Below are positions 25,901 through 38,300 of a stretch of 64,000 nucleotides of DNA, piece by piece (the stretch's first letter is position 1; the number at the start of each line of letters is the position of its first letter). The stretch is from NCBI RefSeq assembly GCF_031769215.1, contig NW_026782274.1, forward strand, positions 558,001 through 622,000, read 5' to 3'. Made by a program: the position numbers and the translations under genes. Origin of the DNA: Ylistrum balloti (Eukaryota). The notes under the pieces are model-generated. The model saw only the letters and a list, made by a program, of their open reading frames with translations. It searched no databases and had not been told where the DNA came from.

Positions 25901-28900
25901 CGTGTAGAGGGAGGGGGGTGATTGTGACATTATAAGTGTTTTGATCTCTTGAAATTTGTCAAAAAGAGTTTTGGGTAGGCACAAAAATAGCTTTGGAAGC
26001 TACTCAAAGCCTGGGAACTAAACATGTTAGTTTGCCTAATCAGAGCCTTTAAACTCTGTATCTGAAACTTACTTTTCCTTATATATCTGAGTGCATCTGG
26101 TGATGTGCAATCCCATCTCACATCACACTGAGCATCATAACCTTGTGATGCCAACAGCAAGTCATCTTTAAATGGAGTGTTATCAAGTAAGTAAGAACTC
26201 TTTTTGGACTTCGGTGTTTCAAATCTTGCATCTGATTTCAAAGTGTCCTGTCCTGAAAATAGGAATGAAATTATGACACATGGTATGTTTTACAAACATA
26301 GAATTAAGGAAACCAATAACTCTTCATTCAAAACCATTAATTTATTAATTTATTTCAATATGAGAAGTAGTCCTAGTGACTTTATTTCATTGGGAGAAGT
26401 AGTCCTAGTGACTTTATTTCATTGGGAGAAGTAGTCCTAGTGACTTTATTTCATTGGGAGAAGTAGTCCTAGTGACTTTATTTCATTGGGAGAAGTAGTC
26501 CTAGTGACTTTATTTCATTGGGAGAAGTAGCCCAAATAACTTTAATTCATTATGAGAAAAACATTTTCTCATGTAATTAAAGTGTACCCTGAGAGGTCAG
26601 CTATGTTGACCTTGCAAAATAGTTTTTCACATAAAATACACTATGCCGAAAACGCGAATGCCATGGAATGTTCCGTTACTGAGAAATTGCGACTTTTCTG
26701 AAAAACACACCTTTGGCTGAGAGGCGTTGACCTCGTTTTTGGGCACCCAAACCTGTGACATCATAAGTTCAACGCTTTTGTTGATGCAGCCATATTGTCT
26801 TTACTGTGCTACATGTGATTGTGATCTATTTTGGGATTTTCCGTGGTAATTTCTTTGTTTATTTACGTGAAAGTACTTCACATCTTCGCAATATCTAAGG
26901 TAGTGAACGAGGGGTCGGTGAATTAGCACTTAAATCCGCTAAAATGGCTTCCTATCGAGGAGGGAAGCGGTGTGTATGGTTGTCCTAACACTAACACAGA
27001 TGGGGTGTCGATGCATGACGTCGATAAATAAAACTGATTGTTGATTAAATAAAAGTATATTTGTTAGGTTGATATTTTGTTATTAATTCTACAACTAAAC
27101 ATTTTAAATTGATAGGCTAGCCTATGACTTGGGCGGTCGTTGGAATATTATTCCTTTGTAATCGTGAATGCCTAATACACGGAGAAGGCCTAGTCATGAA
27201 TGGGTCATGGGAATTTTCATCCCGAGAATTTTCATACTACTACTATATAGTATAGAATAGAATTATTAGAATTTATAGAATAGGTTATGTGTGTATGTTG
27301 TTTGTATAAGGTTTACTTGGTTTTTAGATCTTCCAGCAGACGATGTTGTTTAGTTAGCCATTTTGCGATCGTAAAAATAACAATAAGATCACCAATCTTG
27401 ATTTGTAAACACAGTTCACAGTGTAGAGATGTCATCTAAACTCATAATCACACCTGTGCCAGGTTAGGTAATTAGCACCTCTGTGGCTGGAAAAAACAAC
27501 TGTGACATCTGTGAGGCGACACGCCTGTCGGCTAACAACAGACGCGTACCAGTGCTAGGGTAAAAACCAGTCAAATAATTGTATAAACTTCTAAAACATC
27601 AAATTTTTATTGTCAACACAGCGGAGGGTGTTATAATTGGTTGTTGACACCCTATCTATATATATCCATAGTGCTACGAAAATTCCCTGGAAAGAAAATT
27701 CCCCTCGGACGAAACTTCTTCGGTACGAAAATTCCCGACACCTCGTGAATGTATGCATAGTCTTGCACAAACGCGATTTCCCGACGTCAGAAATTGTTGA
27801 TCGAGACTTGAAGATAGTAAAATTAGTCCAAAACCAAACCTAATTTTATTTTGTTTCTTTGAAACGACGATTCACTGTTCGACTACTTTCACGACTACTT
27901 TTAAGACCCAGTGAAGTACGTGCCAATCTATGTTGCCCAAGCGATCGTCTCTTTTCGAAGGGTCATTTTCCTCTTCACTGGATACATCGTCATGTAATTC
28001 CAGTTCAAATCGGTAGGGCTGGATTCCGTCTTCAGAAATATCATCCACACCATAATCAAACTCCTCAAAACTCATGTTTAAATCGCTCTCAGTTGCGGTG
28101 TCGTTGTCACTGTCAGTTATGTTGACTGCCATTTCTGTTGAACTTATGACGTCACGAGTAGAAGAGCCTCGATTCCGCGGAAATGACGATTCGGCTGATT
28201 AGGTCTGGGCGGACAGGTGAAAATCGACAACTTTGAGCTTTAATAACTCGACACTGGGGCGACGGATTTTGACAGGGTTTTCGTTATTATTATTTTTACG
28301 GCATTCTGAACATTATATCTAAATATAAAATTACTCTCAGTGTACACTTTAAGTACATAAGTACCATTACATAGACTAAAGTTAAATGCTCTGTAGTCAA
28401 TACCATATTTTATTGCAAATAAAACCACTCCCCATGGATAAAACTGACCAAACATTGCTTCCAACAAAATGCATGCATATATGACTTGTAAATCATACAA
28501 ATTTCCGAGGACAAATTAGATGGGGAAAAAAAACAAAATAGTTTCAGATGCAACTGGTGATTTACTGGTGTCAAGACTTTTCATATTGCTACATGACTAT
28601 ATATTTTTTTCCTTGTTTTTTTTCTGATTTCACAAGACATTTTCACAACATTAGGTGATAAAAGTTCTGTCTTAATGCAACAATTTGCTTGGGAAGAAGA
28701 TATAGAGATTTTCAAGATAGTGACTTTGACAGCCATCTTTACTGCCCATACATCCAAACAGTAAGGAGAATTTGTGGACCAGCTACATGTCATTATTAGC
28801 ATTATATTTATTGATACAACTTTTCTATCAGGAGTAATGTGATTTTCAAAATTACAGGCATATTGTATGGTGGCCACTTAAAAACAGCTTAGGTCCAAAT

Positions 28901-30148
28901 CTCATCTAGGATGATAATGTGGACTATACACAATTCTTCAGAAGTTGAATTTAACTTTTGATTCAGTATTTTAAATGCAGATACATGTACTTCAGTTTAG
29001 GAGCACCTCACCAAGAGTTGAATCAACAGAGCCAAAGAAGAATGATCCATCAGACAAAGACTAATTTTACACTGACCTGCTACTATTAAGGTATTGAAAC
29101 TGGAGTATTACAATAGAGGGCCATGGTATTCTATCCACAGAGAGATATCTGATAATATTATGTATTTGATGTAGAATATGGAGATGGAGATACAAAACAT
29201 TACTATCTTGTTCTTGTTTTAGATGGCCAATATTACTTGAGCCACCTAACAAGGAAGCCCAAAAGATAACGCATGCCAAGCAAAAATTAATAATTAAGTG
29301 CACCAGCACTGTCTGTTGTTAAACTGAAGTGGGAAGTCCCAGAAGTGTTTTCTGCACATAGGTTCTGTTGCAAAATTCTGAGTAAAATGTATCTATACCG
29401 ATACTCCAAATTTTATAAGGTCTCAGAATGGGCATACTAGATTTTTAATGTTATTGTTAATTGACACCATACATTAGCCAAAATTCCCGAAGCTCAGCTG
29501 AGTCCTGGTGTTCCCTATTGAAGGATCTATTCCAGTTTAATAAATATTCTAGTCAAATCAATACGAATTGTATTGATAATTGCCAATCAACCGATACACA
29601 ACAGTAAAATGAATGCAGAACCACTGAGAACATAGCAACATACGTCATCAAGAATCCCCGATATTGCAATTTAGTTTAGTTTATTACCAGTGCAGGATCG
29701 TTACGATCTTCTATACCGGTCTCAGTGATACAATGATAATGTTTATAATTATTGTCATTTGAGACGTCAGATCCAGGAACTACAGAATTTCTGCTTTATA
29801 ATTATATACCAGTTCTTGATTTGCCCAGAGTTCATCTAATCTATTTTTGAAAGAGTTAACTGTTGGTGCCGATACAATTTAATTATTATTAGACAATTAG
29901 AATCATTTACAATAAATTCCAAGCTTTCGACAGACTTTTATCAATATCTTACTATTCTTCGAATTTATCTCAGGTGACTTCTTAGTTGGAGATTCCTGTA
30001 TATCGGCGAGTCGAACTTTGTGACGTTTGTGCAGGATTTTCTCTTTTTCGTGTTCAACATGATGTGTCTGTTTAGAACTGGTGCTTGCCCTAGTCTTACG
30101 GCGAATTGTTGGTGACGTCTCATTGCCACTGACAGACCTTTTCTTCAT
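16975..30148 (-). CDS. ETAA1: ETAA1-like ATR activator (about 1115 aa, 9 exons)
   Basis: Exons (minus): 30148-29953, 26252-26073, 25669-25608, 25025-24880, 22585-22491, 21863-21818, 20581-18828, 18439-18344, 17747-16975; phase-consistent, 3348 nt. N-terminal FETPK...DVRWDCTSP matches the ETAA1 AAD region (human YETPK...DIFWDQNSP). Also PLLGLWM, acidic-hydrophobic motifs (WSDDEMFQDDSLL, SLSDDLLCQL) and C-terminal CTPEEIEKKKLAAL-type RPA32-binding motifs. Exon 1 is the least certain. Confidence 0.85.
20865..21445. mobile_element. Decayed HINE/Helitron-type non-autonomous element in an ETAA1 intron
   Basis: GTGACCTTGA and TTTGACCCC internal motifs, and a terminal block ending GTCACTTGACAAATAGGTGACCTAAA that resembles the GGTGAGCTAAAA hairpin end seen at about 47110. 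Left boundary approximate. Confidence 0.5.
21960..22090 (-). mobile_element. Possible highly decayed tRNA-SINE fragment
   Basis: Plus strand reads GAAGCACTGGGGGGAAATCCAG..GGGCAGGTAACC..AGGGAATAAAATC, resembling the reverse complement of a SINE head and body. The B-box is heavily mutated. Confidence 0.25.
23036..24449 (+). mobile_element. Full-length decayed Tc1 (DD34E) transposon, antisense in an ETAA1 intron
   Basis: Imperfect TIRs CTCAACAAAAAAAGGAAGGTTAACA / reverse complement CTAAACAAAAAAAGAAAGGTAACA, embedded in (TA)n on both sides. Transposase pseudogene spans about 23327-24248 across frameshifts: MPRLS..GCSVKTI, VLFSDESRF, GGSVMVWG, DNAPAH-(34 aa)-E in WPSKSPDLSPIEHVWD. Confidence 0.93.
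23327..24248 (+). pseudogene. Tc1 transposase pseudogene
   Basis: Multiple frameshifts and deletions split the protein over ORF-track pieces 23368, 23526, 23600 and 23815. The catalytic D, D and E motifs are still readable. Confidence 0.9.
26350..26555. repeat. 32-bp minisatellite, about 6 copies
   Basis: Unit GAGAAGTAGTCCTAGTGACTTTATTTCATTGG, near-identical copies, in ETAA1 intron 1. Confidence 0.95.
26581..28348. mobile_element. Non-autonomous Kolobok-type DNA transposon (1768 bp) in ETAA1 intron 1
   Basis: TTAA at 26577-26580 and 28349-28352 (TSD). 15-bp TIR AGTGTACCCTGAGAG / reverse complement AGTGTACACTGAGAG. Frameshifted THAP start on plus at 26944 (MASYRGGKRC/VYGCPNTNTDGVSMH). Convergent acidic ORF start on minus at 28132 (GIQPYRFE...RLGNIDW). 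Confidence 0.82.
27203..27742. mobile_element. MULE-like MITE nested in the Kolobok element
   Basis: Imperfect TIRs GGTCATGGGAATTTTC / reverse complement GGTGTCGGGAATTTTC with repeated GAAAATTCC subterminal motifs. 9-bp flanking duplication TCATGAATG (27194-27202) / TCGTGAATG (27743-27751). Confidence 0.6.
29668..29880 (-). mobile_element. 3' fragment of a CR1/L2-type LINE
   Basis: Minus-strand translation IVSAPTVNSFKNRLDELWANQELVYNYKAEIL* matches the conserved ORF2 C-terminus. It is followed by a short 3' UTR and a TAAAC-repeat tail. Confidence 0.75.
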
Positions 30149-31443
30149 GTCGTCATATTTCGATTCGAGTACGACAAGTACCAACTACTAAATTATAATT
30201 GTAAACAACTCCTCTTCCTTTTCGTTCATGGATTTAACGGAAGTTGTATTTCCCCCGATGTGAAATCGAGACTCGCCGGAAGAACTTAATATAAAATTAG
30301 TCTTTTTGAGATATTGTATCCGGAATACAAAAAATGTATATATCTAATCATATTATATTAGTACTCAGTATCCATACACGCTTTTCTCAAATTTCCTATT
30401 AGATCTTGTCTTGTTCTCTTTTGATTTTGGAATTATGAAAGGAAATATAAAAAGAACAAAAAGCAAAATGACTAACCATCTAAGTATCTCATGAGGATCT
30501 TTTCTGTAGCTTCCCTTGGTCTCTAGTTGTGTCCATTTGATTTTTGGACTGATCAGAAAGCAAATGGCTGACATGCGGCCATGTTAGATTTGATAGTAAA
30601 ATATTTTTTTATAAATGTTTCTTACGAGAAATATTCGATAAAGTATCAAGAAAGAGTAAAACACAGCGGAAACAGAGAGAAGACAGGAACACTTCTCCTG
30701 AGCAAGTAAAGATCACATGATGTTGGAATCTCTTGTATATATCTGTTATTTTGATGTCAAATAATATTGTTTACGAAAGTCAATGCTGTATTTCCCAATG
30801 TGCAGTCATCACACTTCACAATGTCTGAGACGTATATATGTTTCTGACAATGTCAAGCTGTTCTCATCATTATTTCATTGTTGTCCTAAAATGGTGAGAA
30901 TGGAAGTCTGTCTAGTATTCACCACGGTACGAAACATATCAAGTGATATTGTGGTAATCGAAACATAGCAATCATCCTGAACTGGAATATGCGTTTCGAT
31001 CCATTTCTTTCCACAGTTATCGTTTGAACGTCGATCCGAGCGCGGGTCGCTTATTCCCCTCACCTTTTTATCATAGACAGTCCTCCAGACGAGTACCATC
31101 AAAACTTCTCTAGACGAGTACATCAATAGTCTTTCAGATGAGTACCATCAAAACGTCTCTAGCCGAGAATCCTCAAAAGTTCTCCAGACGCGAAATACCA
31201 ATTGCCCTCCAGACGAGTATCATTTAACTGTCGCATCAACATTAATATAGCCAACAATTTTAACATTACTTCTTTTGCCAATGAACTGATAGGAAAACTT
31301 CCATCATATCAAGGTTTGTATCATTATAATTCAAAGTTGTTTACTGAATTTCATACTAAGAGAAACCCGAAAAGTATCAAGTTTCATCTTCAATTAATTC
31401 AGAAGAGTTTCTGTTAAATTTATCCATAAAGTTGGATAATTAA

Positions 31444-31503
31444 GTTATTCATTTATCCAGAAAGAAGGATAAACTTCGGACAGAAAACTACAGACCTGTA
31501 TCA
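31444..31503 (+). mobile_element. Short LINE reverse-transcriptase relic
   Basis: Translates VIHLSRKKDKLRTENYRPVS, resembling the VxPIxKKGD....NYRPIS motif of non-LTR RTs. Only 20 codons are recognisable. Confidence 0.5.
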
Positions 31504-32918
31504 CGGGTAATATCTAAAAAAATCACAAGCATGTAAGTTATGTACAGTTATCCCCCTTCCATCGTACACAGTCCTACCACGGACCCTAACCGTCCAAAAA
31601 ACTGAAAGACAACCTCGTTGTGAAAATTCAGATTGCAAGGTAAATAATCTGAAATCTGAAGTTTTCGGCTTTCAAGTATTGGTTTAACCATTTTTGTGAA
31701 ATTCCCTATCAAAATTCTTCCGAGTTGTTTGTAAATGACAGTAACTATGGAAACAAAATATGTAATCGACCATAATAAGGTCAGAGCTTGAACTGCCTAT
31801 CATTATTTTACAACTATACCTCATTACAGTTCGATATTTGTATACTTCAGAGAGTGAAAGAAATATGACGGAATGATAAAACCATGTACATGTGAGAACA
31901 TAAAAATCCTGTTAGGTCAAAGCAGAGTTCCTCGCCGACTTAGTAACGACAAAATGAAAATTAAATCATAAACAAACACAGTAGACGATAAAAATAGTTT
32001 ATCTCTGATAAACAGGACATGTATGTAGTCATACTTGAGCACACAAAACAATGATATAATGGTGCATGTGAATCCTATAAATTAATAAATATAATAGTTC
32101 GAACAACATAATACTGATACGTAACAAATATACGCTACCCTTGATATTATCACAACAACTTATTTATGACCTTTTTTCCTGAGTGTATCGTTTCCCCAGG
32201 ATATAATGTATCCAGACACCTCTAAATGTACACACTGATCCCGGATAAACGTACCTGATTTATCTCCCTTGACGTAGAAAATGCAATATGAACGAATAAA
32301 ATTCTTTCAACACCTGGAAATAATTTCAGTATGAAATTCCTTTTACATTATATTTGAAAAAAATATCACGAGAGGAACTTCAACTGGAACTTTTGAATTT
32401 AAAAAAAAAACTGTCCATTAACCACGTGACAAAATGCTACCTACTACCTGTCAATCTCTCCCAGAGTGCATTCCGGATCCTATATAATGTAGGAACGACA
32501 ACTCTGATAGAGACTGGTTATCTTTTGTATTAGAAAACTTGTGCTATAAATAGGACTAGAATGCTGTTAATTGTAGAATAAATATTGTGGCCTCACCGTC
32601 CCGTTTTTTTTATTTTTGGTTTTTTTATCATCCCGCATTACATATTAAACTCTATCACTATTTGTGGATTAATAACACATCAATGACGTTATCTCGTCAG
32701 AATGACGTCTTTAAGTGAGAATTGTATCTAAGATTGGACTTTTCCACTCTCGCTGCGGAAATCTGTGCAAGTCCATCCGCCTCATTCAAACCATTCCTTA
32801 CGTGTAATCGTTTTATCTAATGTGCTTCTTAAGGTAATATACTTTAGAGCACGCGACTGTTGTATATTATAAAGCATTCTACTTCTGACATCTTTTAGTA
32901 ACGGCTATAGTCGTAGCA

Positions 32919-35032
32919 AAATCTTGGGATAAAACTTTGGAACAGTATTCTGAGTGTATAGAAAATAATTGGGAATGTTATCACAGATAAATCTTGCGAT
33001 AAAACTTTGGAACAGTATTCTGAGTGTATAGAAAAAAATTGGGAATGTTATCACAGATAAATCTTGGGATAAAACTTTGGAACAGTATTCTGAGTGTATA
33101 GAAAAAAATTGGGAATGTTATCACAGATAAATCTTGGGATAAAACTTTGGAATAGTATTCTGAGTGTATATAAAAAAATTGGGAATGTTATCACAGATAA
33201 ATCTTGGGATAAAACTTTGGAACAGTATTCTGAGTGTATAGAAAAAAATTGGGAATGTTATCACAGATAAATCTTGGGATAAAACTTTGGAACAGTATTC
33301 TGAGTGTATAGAAAAAAATTGGGAATGTTATCACAGATAAATCTTGGGATAAAACTTTGGAACAGTATTCTGAGTGTATAGAAAAAAATTGGGAATGTTA
33401 TCACAGATAAATCTTGGGATAAAACTTTGGAACAGTATTCTGAGTGTATAGAAAAAAATTGGGAATGTTATCACAGATAAATCTTTCACAGATAAATCTT
33501 GGGATAAAACTTTGGAACAGTATTCTGAGTGTATAGAAAAAAATTGGGAATGTTATCACAGATAAATCTTGGGATAAAACTTTGGAACAGTATTCTGAGT
33601 GTATAGAAAAAAATTGGGAATGTTATCACAGATAAATCTTGGGATAAAACTTTGGAACAGTATTCTGAGTGTATAGAAAAAAATTGGGAATGTTATCACA
33701 GATAAATCTTGGGATAAAACTTTGGAACAGTATTCTGAGTGTATAGAAAAAAATTGGGAATGTTATCACAGATAAATCTTGGGATAAAACTTTGGAACAG
33801 TATTCTGAGTGTATAGAAAAAAATTGGGAATGTTATCACAGATAAATCTTGGGATAAAATGGAACAGTATTCTGAGTGTATAGAAAAAAATTGGGAATGT
33901 TATCACAGATAAATCTTGGGATAAAACTTTGGAACAGTATTCTGAGTGTATAGAAAAAAATTGGGAATGTTATCACAGATAAATCTTGGGATAAAACTTT
34001 GGAACAGTATTCTGAGTGTATAGAAAAAAATTGGGAATGTTATCACAGATAAATCTTGGGATAAAACTTTGGAACAGTATTCTGAGTGTATAGAAAAAAA
34101 TTGGGAATGTTATCACAGATAAATCTTGGGATAAAACTTTGGAACAGTATTCTGAGTGTATAGAAAAAAATTGGGAATGTTATCACAGATAAATCTTGGG
34201 ATAAAACTTTGGAACAGTATTCTGAGTGTATATAAAAAAATTGGGAATGTTATCACAGATAAATCTTGGGATAAAACTTTGGAACAGTATTCTGAGTGTA
34301 TAGAAAAAAATTGGGAATGTTATCACAGATAAATCTTGGGATAAAACTTTGGAACAGTATTCTGAGTGTATAGAAAAAAATTGGGAATGTTATCACAGAT
34401 AAATCTTGGGATAAAACTTTGGAACAGTATTCTGAGTGTATAGAAAAAAATTGGGAATGTTATCACAGATAAATCTTGGGATAAAACTTTGGAACAGTAT
34501 TCTGAGTGTATAGAAAAAAATTGGGAATGTTATCACAGATAAATCTTGGGATAAAACTTTGGAACAGTATTCTGAGTGTATAGAAAAAAATTGGGAATGT
34601 TATCACAGATAAATCTTGGGATAAAACTTTGGAACAGTATTCTGAGTGTATAGAAAAAAATTGGGAATGTTATCACAGATAAATCTTGGGATAAAACTAT
34701 GGAACAGTATTCTGAGTGTATAGAAAAAAATTGGGAATGTTATCACAGATAAATCTTGGGATAAAACTTTGGAACAGTATTCTGAGTGTATAGAAAAAAA
34801 TTGGGAATGTTATCACAGATAAATCTTGGGATAAAACTTTGGAACAGTATTCTGAGTGTATAGAAAAAAATTGGGAATGTTATCACAGATAAATCTTGGG
34901 ATAAAACTTTGGAACAGTATTCTGAGTGTATAGAAAAAAATTGGGAATGTTATCACAGATAAATCTTGGGATAAAACTTTGGAACAGTATTCTGAGTGTA
35001 TAGAAAAAAATTGGGAATGTTATCACAGATAA
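32919..35032. repeat. 70-bp tandem array, about 30 nearly identical copies
   Basis: Unit AACAGTATTCTGAGTGTATAGAAAAAAATTGGGAATGTTATCACAGATAAATCTTGGGATAAAACTTTGG. One 15-bp internal duplication (about 33471-33500), one short deletion (about 33860) and a few point variants. Confidence 0.98.
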
Positions 35033-35376
35033 AAAAAAAGAGGTCGATAGCGATCCGTTGGTACGTATAGTCTCAAGTCATGCATCTTTCCAGTTCAAAG
35101 TTTCCAGAATAAAAATTGATCAGCAACAAGTCCGATGATGCTAATATGTGGTTCCTTTTATAGTTATCAAAGAGATCAAAAGTGTGGACGCTTCCAAAAC
35201 AGCTTCCTACCAAGGCAAGTTTTCCTAACCATGATAACATGTTACAAAGCAATCTCTCACAGCCTGACAGAGATTGGTAACAGGATGAAGAGGAGATATA
35301 CAGTATCAAGATAATAACAGCTTGATTTCTAAGATGGAAATCAGGTCAGAGTTCGAACGATGACCCTGGCCCTTTT

Positions 35377-38300
35377 TTAGGCCTGGAAGGCACTTGTAAA
35401 GAAAAGTCCGTGTTGTCTTCCCATATTCGAGATGTTCTTGTTCATTGGGTACTGATGTGTTTTGGCATATGTTCCAGGTCCAGGTACTCTCTGTTGGCAG
35501 AGAAAAGCAAAGTTTAAAGGTCATTCAATAAGGTAAAAGGTCAACGTTAGATACATTTCTGAGGTAATACTTCTGACATGACGATGAAAAACCAGGTATT
35601 TCAATTAACCAGTTTGTCGAAATATAACATAGATGTTAATACATTTTGATACAATAATATATACAGCCTTAATTGAGTTAATATTAGAATTGGTATTTGA
35701 TATTTAACCAAACTATCGTTTTGTTAACAATAGCTAACAATATCTGTAAACATCACAATACTTGTACAATCATTTCTTCTCCATAATCGAATATTTTCAA
35801 AATCTATTTTTCTTTAACAATAAATTTATCTAGCATTTAAGATGAAGTGTACGTAAGAATTATTGGCATCTAACGAAATGCTCATACATAAATAATCAAA
35901 ATCTTTTGATAACATTTTTAAATATCTCCGAAGAAAAAAATACGGCACTGAAATGTAAAAGTTAAAGTAATCAAAAGATGAATCGGATTAAAAATTGAAT
36001 TTACTGATACATGATAAATGATGGATTGAATAAATCTATAATCTGATCTCCTGAAGTATGGTATTAAACACCTGTTTTATGTAATACAAAAGGTAGTGAA
36101 ACACGTAAGGTATTTTGATTTGATACTAACTTTACTACATGGTGTAATGTATAACGAGTATATGACACAGTATTCCAGGTACAGTGATAATACTACAGAG
36201 CTAGCTTCTACAAAGTAGGGTATTTATTGCATTTTAAACGATACTGAAATATAGAAAGATTTTCCGATTAGGATTGTTAAAAAGGATAGACAGAAATCGA
36301 GAGGGAGAGGCAGAAACCTATACTGGTCAGAAGGTAGAAAGGTACAGGCTGAACTGTCACACAACCATTCATATAAATAACATTATGTTTTTCAATACTA
36401 AGAAAAAGCTAACAACAGAGTCTTTACTACCTTGAAATGGTACCGAGGTATTTCAAAATCTCACATAATAAACTTTCAATTGTTCTGATGTTGCGTTGTC
36501 TAAAAAAACAACGTCAAGACAGAGACGTATGTAACATCTCTGGTCAAGATCAATATTTTGAGAGCCAAGCGTATAAGAAATGTAATTCTGAAATTTGTAA
36601 CATGAACACCGGGTAAGATATTCTTGATTTGATCGTTACCAAAGTAGTAAATAACTTTTGTAAAATGATATCTTTTCATGGGACTCCAATTTCGTGGTTT
36701 CTCGACAAATATCGTGACTTAGTGAATTGATACTGCTATGAAGTCTATATATGTACTTAAACTGATTATTACGTAGACACGTGAATTTGAAAGAGGACCT
36801 ACGAATTCAATGAAAATAAATCCCCCACGAAAATAAATGCCTGTACAGCATGTGCGTTCAACCTTTTCATTCGGTTTATGTTTTTGTGATCATTATAAGA
36901 CTGACAGTGAATACTATCAACTCCCTCCTTTCCTCCCCAGTATTCCATTTGTTACCCATTAACCAGATACATAGTTTTCAAGTTACGATGATAACATCGA
37001 GTCCCTTTTCGATAAAAGATTAATTACGTTAGTTCAGTGACTATGAGACTAAAATTAGTTTACATCTTAATTGTAAAATATGCATGCTTTAAAGGAGTTT
37101 TAAAATTCAGTTTGATTGTGAGATTGTACAGCTAAGTGAGAAAAACAGCTTTGATTCTGAGCTAACTTTAAACATAGAGCGATATGAATATTTTTTAAAT
37201 ATCAGTTTGAATGTTAGACTGCATGTTGGTTAGTTTAAAAGTTACTACATGACCACAATTATCTATTTTTAGGAAAACGACCTGCATGCTTTCGATGATT
37301 CTAAAATTCAGTTTAAGGTTGTGTTACAGATATATAAGCAACTAAAATACCGAAAATGACTTACATAGGCAGCACTTCCAGGTGAAATCTTTGACATATA
37401 ACGATGATATGACGTCACAACTTCTAACACAGGTACAACTAACCCATTTAGATAATGTATATATTTAATGGTAAAATCTTTGTCATTTAATGACGATATG
37501 ACGCCACAACTTCAAACGCTAGTACAACCGATCCATATATATTATGTACATATTTAATGGTACTTAAACGAAGATACTGAAATAAACACGAATAATGACT
37601 TAAAACCAAAGTGGTAGTAGTATTGTAGTACTTCTTATCTGATTCGTCTTAACATCTCAATATCTATAAATTTATACATATGAAAACTGAATGCGTTTCT
37701 ATCACTTGAAACCTTTTTATTCTTTCATCGGTTGCAATGAATCATATCGAAAACAAATCTCTCCCTGCACAATTACGCAAATACCCAATACCTAATTAGA
37801 AAAACAGTGACATTCGGAACAATTCAGTTCAAAGCAACCCGAAGGTTTATAGACTACGAAACCGGATGTCTTCATGCCTTCCGGTCACAGGGATTTGATA
37901 TAATATGCACCGTGGGTTGGGAATTCGTGCCAAGTCCCTGTGTTTCCGGATCGCAGCATATGAATAGTCTTCAGATATCCGATTTGTTCTCCAATATTGA
38001 GTCTGTATCCATTTGTTTCAAAGATTTTTTATTCTTAATGTATTAACAATGATAATTACTTTTCACCTTATAATTCAATGTTCACATCATTAAAGTTGGA
38101 CCACCACCAAGCAATCAATAAACAATATGGAGACAAATATTATTTTCTTTGCCCATAATGCAGGGGTACACAATACCATACGCGAAAATGGATGCATCTC
38201 ATCCCAATAGCCTAATTAAACAGCCTTTCACCAACCCACACCACGTCATTTTTGTTGACAAACAGCACATATGGAAAACAAACTTCAGCTGTCACCACGA

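Noticed and set aside
29290-29545. Exon-like segments in ETAA1 intron 1 (EYLLNWNRSFNREHQDSAELREFWL; ...SAGALNY*)
   Set aside because: No homology recognised, several frames are equally plausible, and they are not needed for the ETAA1 model.
32919-35032. CRISPR-like regular repeats (also 40975-41882 and 26350-26555)
   Set aside because: Units are contiguous with no unique spacers, there are no cas genes, and the context is a eukaryotic intron or intergenic region. They are ordinary tandem repeats.
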